Positions 62,495 to 64,000 of a stretch of DNA of 64,000 nucleotides are shown piece by piece. The notes under the pieces were generated by a model. That model ran no database searches. It saw nothing but the letters and a program-made list of their open reading frames with translations, and was not told the DNA's origin. The first letter of the stretch is position 1. Every line of letters begins with the position of its first letter. The translations under genes and the position numbers were made by a program. The stretch is from Podarcis muralis (lineage: Eukaryota), in contig NC_135656.1 of the NCBI RefSeq assembly GCF_964188315.1, forward strand, positions 111,662,001 to 111,726,000, given 5' to 3'.

Positions 62495-62883
62495 TAAAGG
62501 TAAAAAGGTAAAGGACCCCCGGACGTTTAAGTCCAGTCAAAGGCGACTATGGGGTTGTGGCGCTCATCTCGCTTTCAGGCCAAGGGAACCGGTGTTTGTC
62601 CACAGACAGCTTTCTGGGCCATGCGGCCAGCAGGACTAAACCGTTACTGGAGCACAAAGGACCGTGACAAGTGCCAGAGCGCTTGGAAACGCCGCTTACC
62701 TTCCCACCGCAGTGGTACCTATTTATCTCCTTGCACTGGCGTGCTTTTGAACTGCTAGGTGCTTTTTGAACTGCTAGGAGCTGGGACAGAACAACGAAAG
62801 CTCACCCCGTCGCGGGGATTTGAACCGTCAACCTTCCAATCAGCAACCCCAAGAGGTTTAGGCCACAGCGCCACCCGCATCCC
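62495..62883 (-). mobile_element. Sauria SINE (diverged subfamily) inserted into an AGGGTTGCC-ended MITE (62462-63092)
   Basis: SINE consensus match; near-TSD TTTTCCCAGAAAT / TTTTCCTGGAAAT. Confidence 0.8.
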
Positions 62884-63329
62884 TTTTCCTGGAAATAGAC
62901 TGGATTTGGTCATCTGAAACAGTATCCAGGCGGAAAATTGCTGAAATGTCCCAGAAAATCTGAGCTTATGGCAACCCGTGTCGGCAGCCTCGAATCTGGC
63001 GAAATTCATTAAAAATAGATTTTACAAAAACAGTTCAACAACTATGCCAAAAAAGGTGTCTGGATCTTCAGTTTTTTGATATCGGCAACCCTGTAAGAGG
63101 CATATTTTTATTTTTTTAATATTAATTTTTGTTATTTTTCCAAATTTTAACAAACCCATCCAAATTATTTAAATTTAATACGTTTTCCACCCAGAAAATA
63201 ATTAGGTTTCCCACTCCCGTTACAAACATATGTTCGTTACATTCCTGATGTTACCGCTTCATTCTTCTTTAATCATATTTTTAGAACCCACTCTAGTCTT
63301 TTGACCGTAATTAACTTATGGTCTGTGTG

Positions 63330-63990
63330 TGTGGTTTGGGAGCTGCACGGTCAGGGGAAAAACAATGCTGTCCAGGGTTGTAAAGACTGCGGAGAGAATA
63401 ATTGGGTGCACTCTTCCCACCTTGGATCAAATCTATGCTTCCAGGTGTCATAAGAAAGCTGCAGAGATAGTGCAGGATAGTGCGCACCCCAGAAATGATC
63501 TTTTTCAGCTTCTGCCTTCTGGAAGAAGGTACAGTGGTACCTCGGGTTACAGACGCTTCAGGTTGCAGACTCCGCTAACCCAGAAATAGTACCTCGAGTT
63601 AAGACCTTTGCTTCAGGATGAGAAAAGAAATTGTGCTTCGGCGGTGCAACGGCAGCAGGAGGCCCCATTAGCTAATGTGGTGCTTCAGGCTAAGAACAGT
63701 TTCAGGTTAAGAACAGACCTCCAGAACAAATTAAGTTCTTAACCCAAGGTACCACTGTACAGGGTTGTAAAGACTAGGACTAGCCGCCTGAGAAACAGTT
63801 TCTATCCAAATGCGATTTTGGTTTTAAACACAGTGTAAGGTAGTCTCTGTGGGAGTATGTTGTATTTAATTATGGGGTATCAGAGTTTTTAGGGGGGTAA
63901 CCAGGCTGGGATAGCAGGCTTGTTGGTTTTTGAACGTCTGATGTAGATTTTTTCAATTTCATTGTTCTGTATGGGACAATGACAATAAAG
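63330..63990 (+). mobile_element. Rex1/Babar LINE 3' fragment interrupted by a family A MITE
   Basis: ..LSRVVKTAERIIGCTLPTLDQIYASRCHKKA..QLLPSGRRY| then resumes after 63759. Confidence 0.82.
63532..63757 (+). mobile_element. Tc1/mariner MITE family A
   Basis: Inserted at the TA of AGGTACAGGG, duplicating TA. Confidence 0.88.
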
Positions 63991-64000
63991 ATACAGTGGT

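Overview
Vertebrate genomic DNA from a squamate, probably a lacertid-type lizard given the dense Sauria SINEs plus Bov-B, L2, CR1 and Rex1 LINE fragments. The window lies in an MHC class III/extended-MHC-like gene cluster. Gene order: RING/B-box/coiled-coil TRIM gene (-, runs off the left edge); a divergent galectin-1-like gene missed by the ORF track (+, 3 exons); a KRAB-C2H2-hAT-transposase fusion gene of the ZNF862 type (-, 6 exons, about 928 aa); CSNK2B (-); GPANK1 (+); an unrecognised single-coding-exon gene made of three ~100-aa internal repeats and split by a 1-nt frameshift (+); NFKBIL1 (+). Exon models were built by hand from GT/AG sites and phase matching. Homology calls come from recalled protein sequences, not database searches. 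Introns and intergenic DNA are packed with TA-targeting Tc1/mariner-type MITEs, hAT MITEs with 8-bp TSDs, one solo LTR and LINE-tail microsatellites. The most notable items are the three-repeat orphan gene, the KRAB/zinc-finger/transposase chimera with two of three catalytic residues substituted, the galectin lacking key sugar-binding residues, and a duplicated CSNK2B exon end that creates a new in-frame ATG and splice donor.
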